Assembly: GCA_041483195.1 (NCBI GenBank)
Contig: JBGPFC010000012.1
Span: forward strand, 1 to 64,000
Direction of reading: 5' to 3'
From: Candidatus Eiseniibacteriota bacterium
Lineage (GTDB): Bacteria; Eisenbacteria; RBG-16-71-46
DNA: 64,000 bases
Shown here: positions 51,321 through 60,424 of the stretch, piece by piece
Position numbering within the stretch: the stretch's first letter is position 1
How the letters are laid out: each line of letters starts with the position of its first letter
The notes under the pieces: generated by a model
The model's input: the letters and a program-made list of their open reading frames with translations, nothing else
What the model was told of the DNA's origin: nothing
Databases searched by the model: none
Made by a program: the position numbers and the translations under genes

Positions 51321-52799
51321 CTAGTCCTCTTCGAAGATCAGCTCGTGTTTCTCCCAGTCGATGGTGACGCGGTAGGCGCGGAAGAATTCGCTCGCGAGCA
51401 CGGCGTCGCGGCGCACGCCGTGGCGCCACAGCTCACCGGCGTCGAGCGCGCCCGATCCACCGCGCACGCCCGAGTCCGCAATCGGGCCCACGGCGATGCT
51501 CGGCACGCCGCACTCGACCCACGACTGGCCGGCCAGCACCGATCCCGCGCCGCGCATCACTTTGGCGATGCCGCCGGGCTTGACGCCGATCTCGTTAAAC
51601 ACAACCTGCGGCGCGCCCACCGCGCATCCCGGCAAACCGTTCTGCACCACCATCGCCATGCGGCGACGGCCGGCGCCGAGCAAGCCCCACACCGTCATTT
51701 CGCTCTCGCCCCAGATCTCGAACCGAACGCGCGACGCGCCGTCGGGGGGTATGAGCGCGTGACCTAGGCGGTGCAGCTCGATCCGCCCGTGCTTGAAGTC
51801 GATCGTTGGCGTGAAATGGCGGAGCAGATTGAACCCGATCACTCCGGCGACCTGCTCGGACTGCGGATTGACCACGATGCTATAGCGGCGCATAGCGATC
51901 GCGGCCGCGGGGATCCTCTCGATGCGGAGCCCGCCGATCTCGAGGCGCTGCACCAGCGCGGCGCGCGCCGCGACGCGTGAGCCGTTCCAGAACACGAGCG
52001 AACGGCCGCCCATGAACTGCACGTTGCAGCGCCGCGCAACGCTCTGGTCCACAAGTAGGTCGGAGGCGCCGAAATCCACCGCGAACAACAGGGTCTGGCC
52101 GTTGAGCTTGACGCGCACCAGCGGCACTGGAAGCACTCGCGACATCAGCAACTTCACCTCGTCGGGTCCGGTGATCGAGTAGGCGCCGCCCTGATCGAGG
52201 CGCTCGAACAACGGTGCGCGCCCCGGCTGGTCGGCGTCGGTCGCGATCGCGGCCGCCGCCTTCCACTCTCCGCGCCGCACATACACCGCGAGCAAGTCGG
52301 CGAGGATCGCGGGATCGCCGTGCGCTGACGCCGCGAGCAGGCTCTCGGCCTCCGCGGTGCGGTCGTGGAAGAGCGCGAGCTTGCCGAGCCCGGCCCGCGC
52401 CGCGTCGTCGCTGGGAGCGAGCGTCAGCACGCGGCGGAGAACGGTCTCGGCGTCCGCTTCGCGGCCGAGGCGCAGCAGCGCGATTCCGAGCGAGTCGAGC
52501 CGCGCGGCATCATCAAGGTGTCCCACCGTGTCCCGCAGCGCGACCTGCAGCGCGAACTGCGCGTCGCGGAGTGACCCGTCGGGCTGTAGCCAATTGTCGC
52601 GCGCGGGGACGATGCGGAGCGAGTCGCGCTGCACGGCATCAGCGCGTTGCCCCACCGTGTCGGTCAGCGCTGCCTGCGCGTCGCGGTGCGACTCGTCGGC
52701 GCGCGCGCGCGCGGCACCGAGGCCAACCGTCACGACACATGCGGCGAGCACGACGAGGGTGGCTCTCACGCGCCCCGAAACCTTCGTGAGCCCGCCCAC
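51321..52799 (-). CDS. Secreted TPR + retropepsin-like aspartyl protease domain protein
   Basis: TPR LGIALLRLGREADAETVLRRVL; VRVKLNGQTLLFAVDFGAS...GVIGFNLL...TIDF. Confidence 0.8.
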   Translation of the reverse strand: MGGLTKVSGRVRATLVVLAACVVTVGLGAARARADESHRDAQAALTDTVGQRADAVQRDSLRIVPARDNWLQPDGSLRDAQFALQVALRDTVGHLDDAARLDSLGIALLRLGREADAETVLRRVLTLAPSDDAARAGLGKLALFHDRTAEAESLLAASAHGDPAILADLLAVYVRRGEWKAAAAIATDADQPGRAPLFERLDQGGAYSITGPDEVKLLMSRVLPVPLVRVKLNGQTLLFAVDFGASDLLVDQSVARRCNVQFMGGRSLVFWNGSRVAARAALVQRLEIGGLRIERIPAAAIAMRRYSIVVNPQSEQVAGVIGFNLLRHFTPTIDFKHGRIELHRLGHALIPPDGASRVRFEIWGESEMTVWGLLGAGRRRMAMVVQNGLPGCAVGAPQVVFNEIGVKPGGIAKVMRGAGSVLAGQSWVECGVPSIAVGPIADSGVRGGSGALDAGELWRHGVRRDAVLASEFFRAYRVTIDWEKHELIFEED

Positions 52800-52800
52800 C

Positions 52801-53979
52801 TCACGCCTCGAGGAACTTCTGCGCGGTGCGCAGCAGCACCTCGGCGCCGACTTCGAGGCAGGTCTCGTCCACGTCGAATCGCGGGTGGTGGTGATCCCAG
52901 GTGAGCCCCTTCGAGGCGTTGCGCGAGCCGACCGCGATGAAGCAGCCGGGCACCTCGCTCAGGAACCACGAGAAATCCTCGCCGCCCATGGTGCGGACGT
53001 CGTCCAGCACGTTCTCGGCGCCGACGATCTCGGCCGCCGCCGCTCGCGCGATCTTCGCCATCGCCGGGTCGTTCACGGTCGGTCGGTTGCAGCGCTCGAA
53101 CTGGATCTCGACGCGGCAGCCGAGTGCCTCGCACACCCCGCGCACGATGCGCTCGAAGCGCGCGGGCAGCTCCTCCCACACCCCGGGATCGAACACGCGC
53201 ACCGTGCCGTTCATGGTCGCGGTGCCCGGGATGATGTTGAACGCCGTGCCGGCGTGGATCTGCGTCACGCTCACCACGACCTCTTTAAACGGGCTCACGC
53301 CGCGGCTCGCGATGGTCTGGAGCGCGGTCACGATGTGCGCGACGCACACCACCGGGTCGATGCCCATCTCCGGCATCGCGGCGTGCGCGCCCTTGCCGGT
53401 GACCGTCACGGTGAACGAGTCCACCGCCGCCATGAAGGGCCCGGGCGTGACGCCGATCTTGCCAAGGTCGAGGTCCTGCCACACGTGGAGCCCGAACGCC
53501 GCGTCGGGCTTCGGCGCGGCCAGCGCGCCGTCGGCGATCATCGCGCGCGCGCCGTCGCCCTGCTCTTCGGCGGGCTGGAAGCAGAGCCGCACGTTGCCGC
53601 GCAGCGAACTGCGGTCGCGCGTGAGCCTTTTCGCGAGGCCGAGCAGGATCGAGGTGTGGCAGTCGTGTCCGCACGCGTGCATCTTGCCAGGCGTCTGCGA
53701 GCGATAGGGGACGGCGTTCTCTTCGACGATCGGGAGCGCGTCCATGTCGGCGCGCAGCAGCACGGTCTTGCCGGGGCGGCCGCCCGCGATGGTCGCGAGC
53801 ACGCCGGTCCTGCCGACGCCGGTGCGCGGCTCGAGCCCGAGCGCGCGCAGGCGCTCGGCGACGATGCCCGAGGTGCGCACTTCTTCGAACGCCAGCTCGG
53901 GATGGGCGTGCAGATCACGGCGCACGGCGATCAGCTCCTCGATGTCGGCCGCGCTGAAGGTTTCCGGTGCGGGTTTCAT
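52801..53979 (-). CDS. M20D amidohydrolase
   Basis: HAHPELAFEE, RADMDALP, MHACGHD, FQPAEE, GGEDF, HHPRFD. Confidence 0.96.
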   Translation of the reverse strand: MKPAPETFSAADIEELIAVRRDLHAHPELAFEEVRTSGIVAERLRALGLEPRTGVGRTGVLATIAGGRPGKTVLLRADMDALPIVEENAVPYRSQTPGKMHACGHDCHTSILLGLAKRLTRDRSSLRGNVRLCFQPAEEQGDGARAMIADGALAAPKPDAAFGLHVWQDLDLGKIGVTPGPFMAAVDSFTVTVTGKGAHAAMPEMGIDPVVCVAHIVTALQTIASRGVSPFKEVVVSVTQIHAGTAFNIIPGTATMNGTVRVFDPGVWEELPARFERIVRGVCEALGCRVEIQFERCNRPTVNDPAMAKIARAAAAEIVGAENVLDDVRTMGGEDFSWFLSEVPGCFIAVGSRNASKGLTWDHHHPRFDVDETCLEVGAEVLLRTAQKFLEA

Positions 53980-54016
53980 TGACGCTCCCCGTGAAAAGAC
54001 GAAGCGATGACGAACG

Positions 54017-54874
54017 TCATCGCCGGCCCGAGACCACCCAGCTGAAGCTCGGGCATCGTATCACGCCCCCATCGCGGAAGCGCCGGGTGCGCCGCGCGAG
54101 CCGATCGCGCAGGGCGCGCTGCTGGGCGCGGGAGAGGCGGGCGTGGAGCGCGCCGAACGGGCCGGTGCCGTCGATCGCCATCTCGAAGCGCTCGTCCTCG
54201 TGGTGGAACATGAACTCGGTTCGAACGCCCTCCGCGCGCACCCCGCGAAATCCCGCGCGGCGCAGCATGCGCGCGAGCAGCCCCTCGCGCCCGAGGCGCA
54301 GCGGATGCGGCGTGCTCTCGGGATCGGGCGGCGGCTCGCGAAGGAACGGGAGCGCCGCCTCGATCCGCCCGCTGAAGTAGGGATTGCGCTCGACCGGCCC
54401 CCACACCGCGAGCGCGATGCGACCGCCGGGCTTGAGCGCCGCGCGCAGGCGCGCGAGCGCGGCGGGGATGTCCTCGACGAACATGATGCCGTAGCGCGAC
54501 ACGACGCGGTCCACGCGCGGGCCGGTCCAGCGGAACGATGCGAGGTCGCCGCGCCGGAAGCGCGCGTTGCGGATGCCGCGCACCGCGGCCCGCCGGCGCG
54601 CGATCGCGAGCATCGGGCCGGCCACGTCGATCCCGATCACTGCGCCGCGCGGGCCGACGGTCTGTGCGATCGCGAGCGCCGGATCGCCCGACCCGCAGCC
54701 CACGTCGAGCACGCGCTGTCCCGGCGCGATCGCGAGCGCGCGGAACAGGGCCGGATCCACCGAGGCCAGCGCGTGCAGGTGCTGGTTCTCCCAGCGCTCC
54801 CACGACCGGGCGAACACGTTCCAGTCCTCGCGCACGCGGCGGCGCCAGCTCGCGCCCCGAAGCGCCTTCGCCAT
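54017..54874 (-). CDS. Class I SAM-dependent methyltransferase
   Basis: VLDVGCGSG, VSRYGIMF, LKPGGRIALAVW. Confidence 0.9.
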   Translation of the reverse strand: MAKALRGASWRRRVREDWNVFARSWERWENQHLHALASVDPALFRALAIAPGQRVLDVGCGSGDPALAIAQTVGPRGAVIGIDVAGPMLAIARRRAAVRGIRNARFRRGDLASFRWTGPRVDRVVSRYGIMFVEDIPAALARLRAALKPGGRIALAVWGPVERNPYFSGRIEAALPFLREPPPDPESTPHPLRLGREGLLARMLRRAGFRGVRAEGVRTEFMFHHEDERFEMAIDGTGPFGALHARLSRAQQRALRDRLARRTRRFRDGGVIRCPSFSWVVSGRR

Positions 54875-54942
54875 GGCCGCTCCTCCCAAGAATGCGAAGA
54901 CGCGGGCCGGCGTGCTGCCGGCCCGCGTCTCGCAGAGCTGCG

Positions 54943-56517
54943 CTACCTCTTGGTCGTGTCTGGCACCGCGGGAACCGCGGGTGCCGGCTTCGGAGTCGAG
55001 TCGTTCGGCGCCGTGACCGGCGGCGTCTCGTTCTTCTGCAGCAGGCGACGTCGCTCGCTCTCGCGCTTCAACACGTCCTTGTTGATGACCACGAACTCCA
55101 CGCGGCGATTCTTCGCCATGTTGAGGGCGTTCGTGTTCGGGGCGATCGGCTTCGACAGGCCGTAGCCCTTGGCCGTGAACTGGTCGGGGCGCAGGCTCGG
55201 GAACTTCCGCACGATGTAGGCGAGCACCGTATCCGCACGCGCCTCGCTGAGCTTCTGGTTCTTCACGGCCAACCCGCGCGAGTCGGTGTGTCCGCCGATC
55301 TCCATCTTGAGTTCCGGCCACTTGGCGAGCACCTGGCCCACGATGTCGAGAGTCGGATAAGACTCCGGCGCGAGGTCCGCCTTGCCGGTCTCGAAGTTCA
55401 CGTTCTGGACCCGGATCATCCCGGTGTCGAGCATCTCGGTCTCGCGCTCGACCACTTCGATCGGGCAGCCGTTCGCGTCGACCTTGGCGCCGGCCGGCGT
55501 GTTCGCGCAGCGGTCGAGCCCGTCGCACACGCCGTCGCCGTCGGTGTCGATCGGGCAGCCCACCGAGTCCACGTTGCAGCCGGCCTGCGTGCCCGGGCAC
55601 TTGTCGAGCCCATCCAGCACCCCGTCGCCGTCGCTGTCCTTCGGGCAGCCGTTCGCATCCACCGTCGCGCCCTTCGGCGTGTTGGCGCAGCGATCGATCC
55701 CGTCGAAGACGCCGTCGCCGTCCTGATCGCTCGGGCAGCCCTTCGCATCCACCGTCGCGCCCTTCGGGGTGCCGGGGCACGCGTCGAGTCCGTCGAAGAC
55801 GCCGTCGCCGTCGCTGTCGATCGGGCAGCCGGTCGCGTCCACCTTCGCGCCGTGCGGCGTGTCGGGGCACTTGTCCTTGCGATCGGTCACGCCGTCGCCG
55901 TCGGTGTCGCGCGGCCGCCCGCCGATCGCGAACGTGAGCCCGCCGCCCAGCAGCACGTACTGCCGCTTGGGCTGGCTCGAATCGTGCCGCATCCAGATCA
56001 TGTTGCGCGCCTCGAGGCGCAGGCCGACCGCGTCGGTGAGCCACAGCCGCACGCCGCCGCCGAAGTCGAGGATGCCCTGCTTGATCTGGTCCTGCTTGGT
56101 GTCCTGGCCCTTGAACCAGCCGAACCCGAACCCGCCGAACACGAACGGTCCGCCGTAACGCGTGGACCATGGCGAGAGCACGAGGTCGCCGTTGTAGTGC
56201 GAGAAATCGACGTTGCTGCCCTTCACGGTATCCACCGATGAGGGCACGAAGCCGCCCGCGCCCTCGATGCCGAGCCACGAATTGTGCTGGTAGCCCAGGC
56301 GTCCGCCCGCGTAGAGCGCGTCGGTGAGCGGCGTCTTGCCGGGGTAGGATCCGTCCTTCGTGAACTTGAGATCGCCGTCGAAGAGCGTGAACCCGCCGAA
56401 CGACGTGACGGTGAAATGATGGCCGAGCGGCTCCGCCTGCGCGTCGCGCGCCGTGATCGGCGCGGCGAACGCGAGCGGAGCGAGCGCGAGCACGGCGAAC
56501 GTCGTACGCAAGCGCAT
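54943..56517 (-). CDS. OmpA-family protein: beta-barrel + 5 TSP3-like repeats + OmpA C-domain
   Basis: DxDGDGV repeats, GHTDSRG, LSEARA, NRRVEF; GGAGG RBS. Confidence 0.93.
   Translation of the reverse strand: MRLRTTFAVLALAPLAFAAPITARDAQAEPLGHHFTVTSFGGFTLFDGDLKFTKDGSYPGKTPLTDALYAGGRLGYQHNSWLGIEGAGGFVPSSVDTVKGSNVDFSHYNGDLVLSPWSTRYGGPFVFGGFGFGWFKGQDTKQDQIKQGILDFGGGVRLWLTDAVGLRLEARNMIWMRHDSSQPKRQYVLLGGGLTFAIGGRPRDTDGDGVTDRKDKCPDTPHGAKVDATGCPIDSDGDGVFDGLDACPGTPKGATVDAKGCPSDQDGDGVFDGIDRCANTPKGATVDANGCPKDSDGDGVLDGLDKCPGTQAGCNVDSVGCPIDTDGDGVCDGLDRCANTPAGAKVDANGCPIEVVERETEMLDTGMIRVQNVNFETGKADLAPESYPTLDIVGQVLAKWPELKMEIGGHTDSRGLAVKNQKLSEARADTVLAYIVRKFPSLRPDQFTAKGYGLSKPIAPNTNALNMAKNRRVEFVVINKDVLKRESERRRLLQKNETPPVTAPNDSTPKPAPAVPAVPDTTKR
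55459..55908 (-). repeat. Five 90-bp (30-aa) Ca-binding repeats
   Basis: DxDGDGVxDxxDxCxxTxxGxxVDxxGCPx x5. Confidence 0.9.
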
Positions 56518-56726
56518 GATCACCTCCGTGGTTGTCGCAAGTTCCCGGCGATCCGACGGGGCAGGACCGGGATCATCCCTGACAGGTCGCGCGGGACGAT
56601 AGCGGCGGGGTGGGCGGCGCGCAAGCGAAGGGGCGAACGGCGGGCCCGCGAGACCGGATTGACGGGCGAGGGGAGAGGGGGCACGTTGAGGGGTCACCGA
56701 GTCGATCGAAACCGGGGGCAGACTAG

Positions 56727-56834
56727 ATGACCGCCAGAGCGTCCACCATCGCCAAGCTGATCGCTGCGTGCCTGCTGTGCATCGTCGTGATTGCCGGCCT
56801 CGTCCTGCTCGTGCGACATTTTCGGATGTCCTGA
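56727..56834 (+). CDS. Putative 35-aa single-TM small protein
   Basis: MTARASTIAKLIAACLLCIVVIAGLVLLVRHFRMS*. Confidence 0.4.
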   Translation: MTARASTIAKLIAACLLCIVVIAGLVLLVRHFRMS

Positions 56835-56867
56835 CGCGCCAGAAGTCCCTTGAACCGGAGGGGTTCG

Positions 56868-57092
56868 ATGATCAAGAACATGGGCACCGCCGACCGCGGC
56901 ATCCGCATTCTGATTGCGCTCGCCATCGCGTTCCTTTACTTCACCCACAGGATCGGCGGCACCCTCGCCATCGTGCTCGGGATCTTCGCGGTTGTATTCA
57001 TCGTCACGAGCCTCGCGGGTTGGTGTCCGGCCTATCTTCCGCTCGGGCTCTCGACTCGCAAGCCGCCCGCGGGCCCCTCGCCGGCCGCCTGA
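56868..57092 (+). CDS. DUF2892/YgaP-like membrane protein
   Basis: KNMGTADRGIR...GWCPAYLPLGLST; GGAGG RBS. Confidence 0.9.
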   Translation: MIKNMGTADRGIRILIALAIAFLYFTHRIGGTLAIVLGIFAVVFIVTSLAGWCPAYLPLGLSTRKPPAGPSPAA

Positions 57093-57106
57093 GGAGCGCG
57101 CGAAGC

Positions 57107-57556
57107 ATGCGACGCCTCCTCGCGCTCTGCGCACTCCTGCTGGCGACGAGCGCCGCGGCGGGCGGTGCTCCGACGGTCGCCGAGTCGACGAGCGTCGCGG
57201 CGGCCCGGCGGATCCCCGTCTTCCGCCTCGACCCGTCGCTCCCGCGCATCCGGCTGGACGCATGGCTGCGTCAATTGCTCGGTCCGCGGATCGAGGTTTC
57301 GTGGGAGGCGAACGATTGCGGCGAGGGATCTGGATCCCCTGCGGACTCGAGCCGCGATCTCCCGACATGCGTGGAAGCGTCCGCCCGACTGGGAGGTGGA
57401 GCGCAGATGTATTTGTCCGTGACGGTCGGCTCGGTGGCGACGGGGGTACACGGCGCCCCGGCCCTGTGGGACGCGGTGATCGTGCGCGGAGACAGCAGCG
57501 AGTCGTTCAGATCCCTGGCCAGGTTCGGGCGCGCCGTCAGGGCGGGCCGCCGTTAG
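57107..57556 (+). CDS. Secreted hypothetical protein
   Basis: Signal peptide, WEANDCGE...PTCVEA; GAGGAG RBS. Confidence 0.7.
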   Translation: MRRLLALCALLLATSAAAGGAPTVAESTSVAAARRIPVFRLDPSLPRIRLDAWLRQLLGPRIEVSWEANDCGEGSGSPADSSRDLPTCVEASARLGGGAQMYLSVTVGSVATGVHGAPALWDAVIVRGDSSESFRSLARFGRAVRAGRR

Positions 57557-57633
57557 GCCCGGGGCGCGAACATAAGAACGACTCGAGAAGCCGCGGGCCG
57601 TCGTGCCGCGAGCTCCGTACCGCGCGGCCGTGC

Positions 57634-57822
57634 GCGCCGGTCGCGGAGATCATCCTTCAGGCCGCGGAGGACCCGTCACCCAAACTTCGATATCCGGTCA
57701 AGGGAGCGCTGATGCTAGCGCTGAGCAGGCTGCTCCCGGATGCGATCTGGCGCTCGCTGCTCGGCGAAGGAATGAGGCGTCGTCCGAAGCGTTCGGTGGG
57801 CCGGGGCGGATCGTCGGCCTAA
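57634..57822 (+). pseudogene. C-terminal remnant of an SDR oxidoreductase
   Basis: APVAEIILQAAEDPSPKLRYPVKG...LSRLLPDAIW with no Rossmann N-terminus upstream. Confidence 0.55.
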
Positions 57823-58156
57823 GTCCTGCGCGTCGCGCACGGTGATCCGCGTGACGAACGCCAGCGGCGCACAAGTGATTCCGCGAATGTCGGTGCGTAG
57901 CAGCCACGGACAGAAATGCGGGCCGGCGCCCAAGCTCGGCGCCGGCCCGCGTGATCCTGCAGAATCATCAGGGCGTCAACGCCATCTGCTTGCGGTCACG
58001 CAGCAGAAATCACCGCGCGACAGGCGTGCTCGCCGTCGCTACACTTGGAGGGTGACTTCCGCCGGGGTCGCCCCCCGGTATGTCAATAATTATTGTGCAC
58101 CCGGACCCTCCGGAGCATTGGCTCTGACCCAGGCACCCCGCGGCTCCACACAGGCC

Positions 58157-60193
58157 ATGCACCGACCCGCCCACAGGATCGCTAAGTCCGCCCTCGGCGC
58201 GCTGCTTGCCGTCGGCCTGCTCTTCCCGCCTGCGGCACACGCCCAGGAACAGTGGGGCTACAACGGGATGGAAGTGTGCGTCCGGCCGCTGTGCGCGGGG
58301 TTCAGCCCGCTCATCTGCCAGGACGGATTCGGTGGCGCGCTCATCGTGTGGGAGCGCAATCCGGGGCTGGTCAACCAGGACCTCTACGTGCAGCGGGTGC
58401 TGGCGAACGGAGTGATCGCTCCCGGATGGCCCGGGCGCGGCGTGCTCGCGGTGGGTGAATCTCACGACCAGTACTCGGAGGCCATCGTGCCCGATAGTGC
58501 GGGCGGTGCGTTCGTCGCGTGGGTGGACTACCGCAGCTGGACCGCGAACGGTCTCGATATCTACGCGCAACATGTCCGCGGTGATGGCTCGCTCGCCCCG
58601 GGCTGGCCAACGAACGGATTGCCGGTGGGGGCAGCACCGGGCGATCAGGATTGGGCGCGCATGCTGGCCGATGGCGCGGGCGGCGTGTTCATCGTGTGGG
58701 AAGACGCGCGCTCCGGGTTCAACAACACCGACGCTTACGCGCAGCACCTGAACGGCGACGGAACCCGGGTCGCGGGCTGGCCGGAGGGCGGGCTCGCGGT
58801 GTGTACGGCGCCATTCGCCTCCTACGGGCCCCATCTCTGCGCGGATGGCCAGGGGGGATGCTTCATCGGGTGGTCGGACGGGCGCGACGTTTACGGAGGA
58901 GAAATCTACGCTCAGCGGGTCGGCTGGTCGGGGGATCTGGCGACGGGTTGGCCGGTGAACGGTCGACGGATCTTTTCGGGAGGTAGCGTCTACACCGCGC
59001 GCGGCGTGTGGGGCGTAGTCCCCGATGGCGGCGGAGGCGCCTACATCGGCTGGGGATCGAGCCACGGCGCGACGGCCTACGACGACGACGTGTATGCGAT
59101 CCGGATTCTCGCCGATGGATCGATCGCACCCGGGTGGCCCGCGAGTGGATTCCCCGTGGCGACATTCCCCGGCCAACAATTGCTCAACAGCGTCGCGGCC
59201 GACAGCACCGGCGGCGTTCTGCTCGGATGGTACAGCGGCATCGAACAGCCCAATACTGCGTACGTGCAGCGGCTGCGGCCCGATGGCACCGTTACGCCCG
59301 GCTGGCCGGCCGCGAGCGTGCACGCCGGAGATGTCGTGGGTTTCCAGGGCGCGGTCTCGGTGGTGCCGGATGGGCTGGGTGGCACGTACGTGGCTTACTA
59401 CTCCTCGGGAGGTAGCGGCTCGCACGACTTCATCCAGCACATCACGGCAACCGGTGCTCTCGCGCCGGGCTGGCCGACCGCGGCGATCCCGCTGGTGAGT
59501 CCCTGGACATCATCGGCCTACCAGCAGGATGCGTACTTCGGCGTTACCGCGGACGGAAGCGGCGGCGCGATCGTCGCGTGGAACGACACGCGCAACGGGA
59601 TCTCGAACGAAATCTTCGCGCAGAAATACAGCGGGAGCGGTCCCACCGCGACGCTGGTCTCGCTCACCAGCGTCGAAGCGCTGCCCGATCGTGTCATCCT
59701 TGCGTGGCATCTCAGCGATGGCGAGACGCCCGACGCCGCGATCTATCGGCGAACCGAAGAGGACGCGTGGTCCGCACTGGGACGCGCCGCGTTCGATGGC
59801 ACCGGTCGCCTACAGTTTGAAGACCGCACCGTCGAAGCGGGAGAGCGGTATTCGTATCGGCTGGGCTGGCTCGAGTCCGGCACCGAGCAGTTCAGCGCCG
59901 AGACCTGGGTCGAGGTGCCCGCCGCGCTCGCGCTCACGCTCGAGGGCGCGCTCCCGAATCCCGCGGTGGGTGCGCTCAACGTCGCGTTCACACTCCCGCG
60001 ATCCGGGCGCGCTTCGCTCGAGCTGCTCGATATCGCGGGCCGTCAGCTCGCCGAGCGTGAGGTGGGCGACCTCGGCGCGGGGCGGCACCTCGTTCGCCTG
60101 AATGAATCACGCCGAACGCCGCCCGGCGTCTACTGGCTCAAGCTCACTCAGTCGGAGCGCACGCTGGTCAAGCGCGCGGTCGTGATCCAGTAG
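58157..60193 (+). CDS. Secreted repeat (predicted beta-propeller) protein with C-terminal FlgD/T9SS-like domain
   Basis: Signal peptide; 8 repeats DGxGGxxxxW...YAQxxxxxG...GWP; C-terminal PNPAVG...LLDIAGR...PGVYWLKL. Confidence 0.85.
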   Translation: MHRPAHRIAKSALGALLAVGLLFPPAAHAQEQWGYNGMEVCVRPLCAGFSPLICQDGFGGALIVWERNPGLVNQDLYVQRVLANGVIAPGWPGRGVLAVGESHDQYSEAIVPDSAGGAFVAWVDYRSWTANGLDIYAQHVRGDGSLAPGWPTNGLPVGAAPGDQDWARMLADGAGGVFIVWEDARSGFNNTDAYAQHLNGDGTRVAGWPEGGLAVCTAPFASYGPHLCADGQGGCFIGWSDGRDVYGGEIYAQRVGWSGDLATGWPVNGRRIFSGGSVYTARGVWGVVPDGGGGAYIGWGSSHGATAYDDDVYAIRILADGSIAPGWPASGFPVATFPGQQLLNSVAADSTGGVLLGWYSGIEQPNTAYVQRLRPDGTVTPGWPAASVHAGDVVGFQGAVSVVPDGLGGTYVAYYSSGGSGSHDFIQHITATGALAPGWPTAAIPLVSPWTSSAYQQDAYFGVTADGSGGAIVAWNDTRNGISNEIFAQKYSGSGPTATLVSLTSVEALPDRVILAWHLSDGETPDAAIYRRTEEDAWSALGRAAFDGTGRLQFEDRTVEAGERYSYRLGWLESGTEQFSAETWVEVPAALALTLEGALPNPAVGALNVAFTLPRSGRASLELLDIAGRQLAEREVGDLGAGRHLVRLNESRRTPPGVYWLKLTQSERTLVKRAVVIQ

Positions 60194-60424
60194 CGACTGA
60201 CGCCCGAACGTTCGTCCGGGGGGCCGGAAAGTGTCGAATTCCCGACGCGATCGTCCATCCCGCGACGCGCGTCGCAGGCCTGGGCCGCGTGGCGCCGCGG
60301 CGATCCGCGCGCTCCTCCGCGGCCCGTCGCGTGCTAGTGCCCACCGCGGTGCTGTCACGTCCGCGGCGGTCAGACTCGGGACCGGGATGGGTGGTGGTGT
60401 GGCGCAGGGGCCCCCGGGTCCCCG

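Larger units (their letters stand above)
48740..51326. mobile_element. R-M cassette bounded by 9-bp direct repeat GCGCTAGTC
   Basis: GCGCTAGTC at 48740-48748 and 51318-51326; codon usage visibly less GC-skewed inside. Confidence 0.45.

Noticed and set aside
55459..55908. Regular 90-bp repeats as CRISPR-like
   Set aside because: In-frame coding TSP3-like repeats of OmpA.
60194..60424. Intergenic region between convergent genes as a possible ORF or RNA
   Set aside because: Only low-complexity GC ORFs; no convincing structure.
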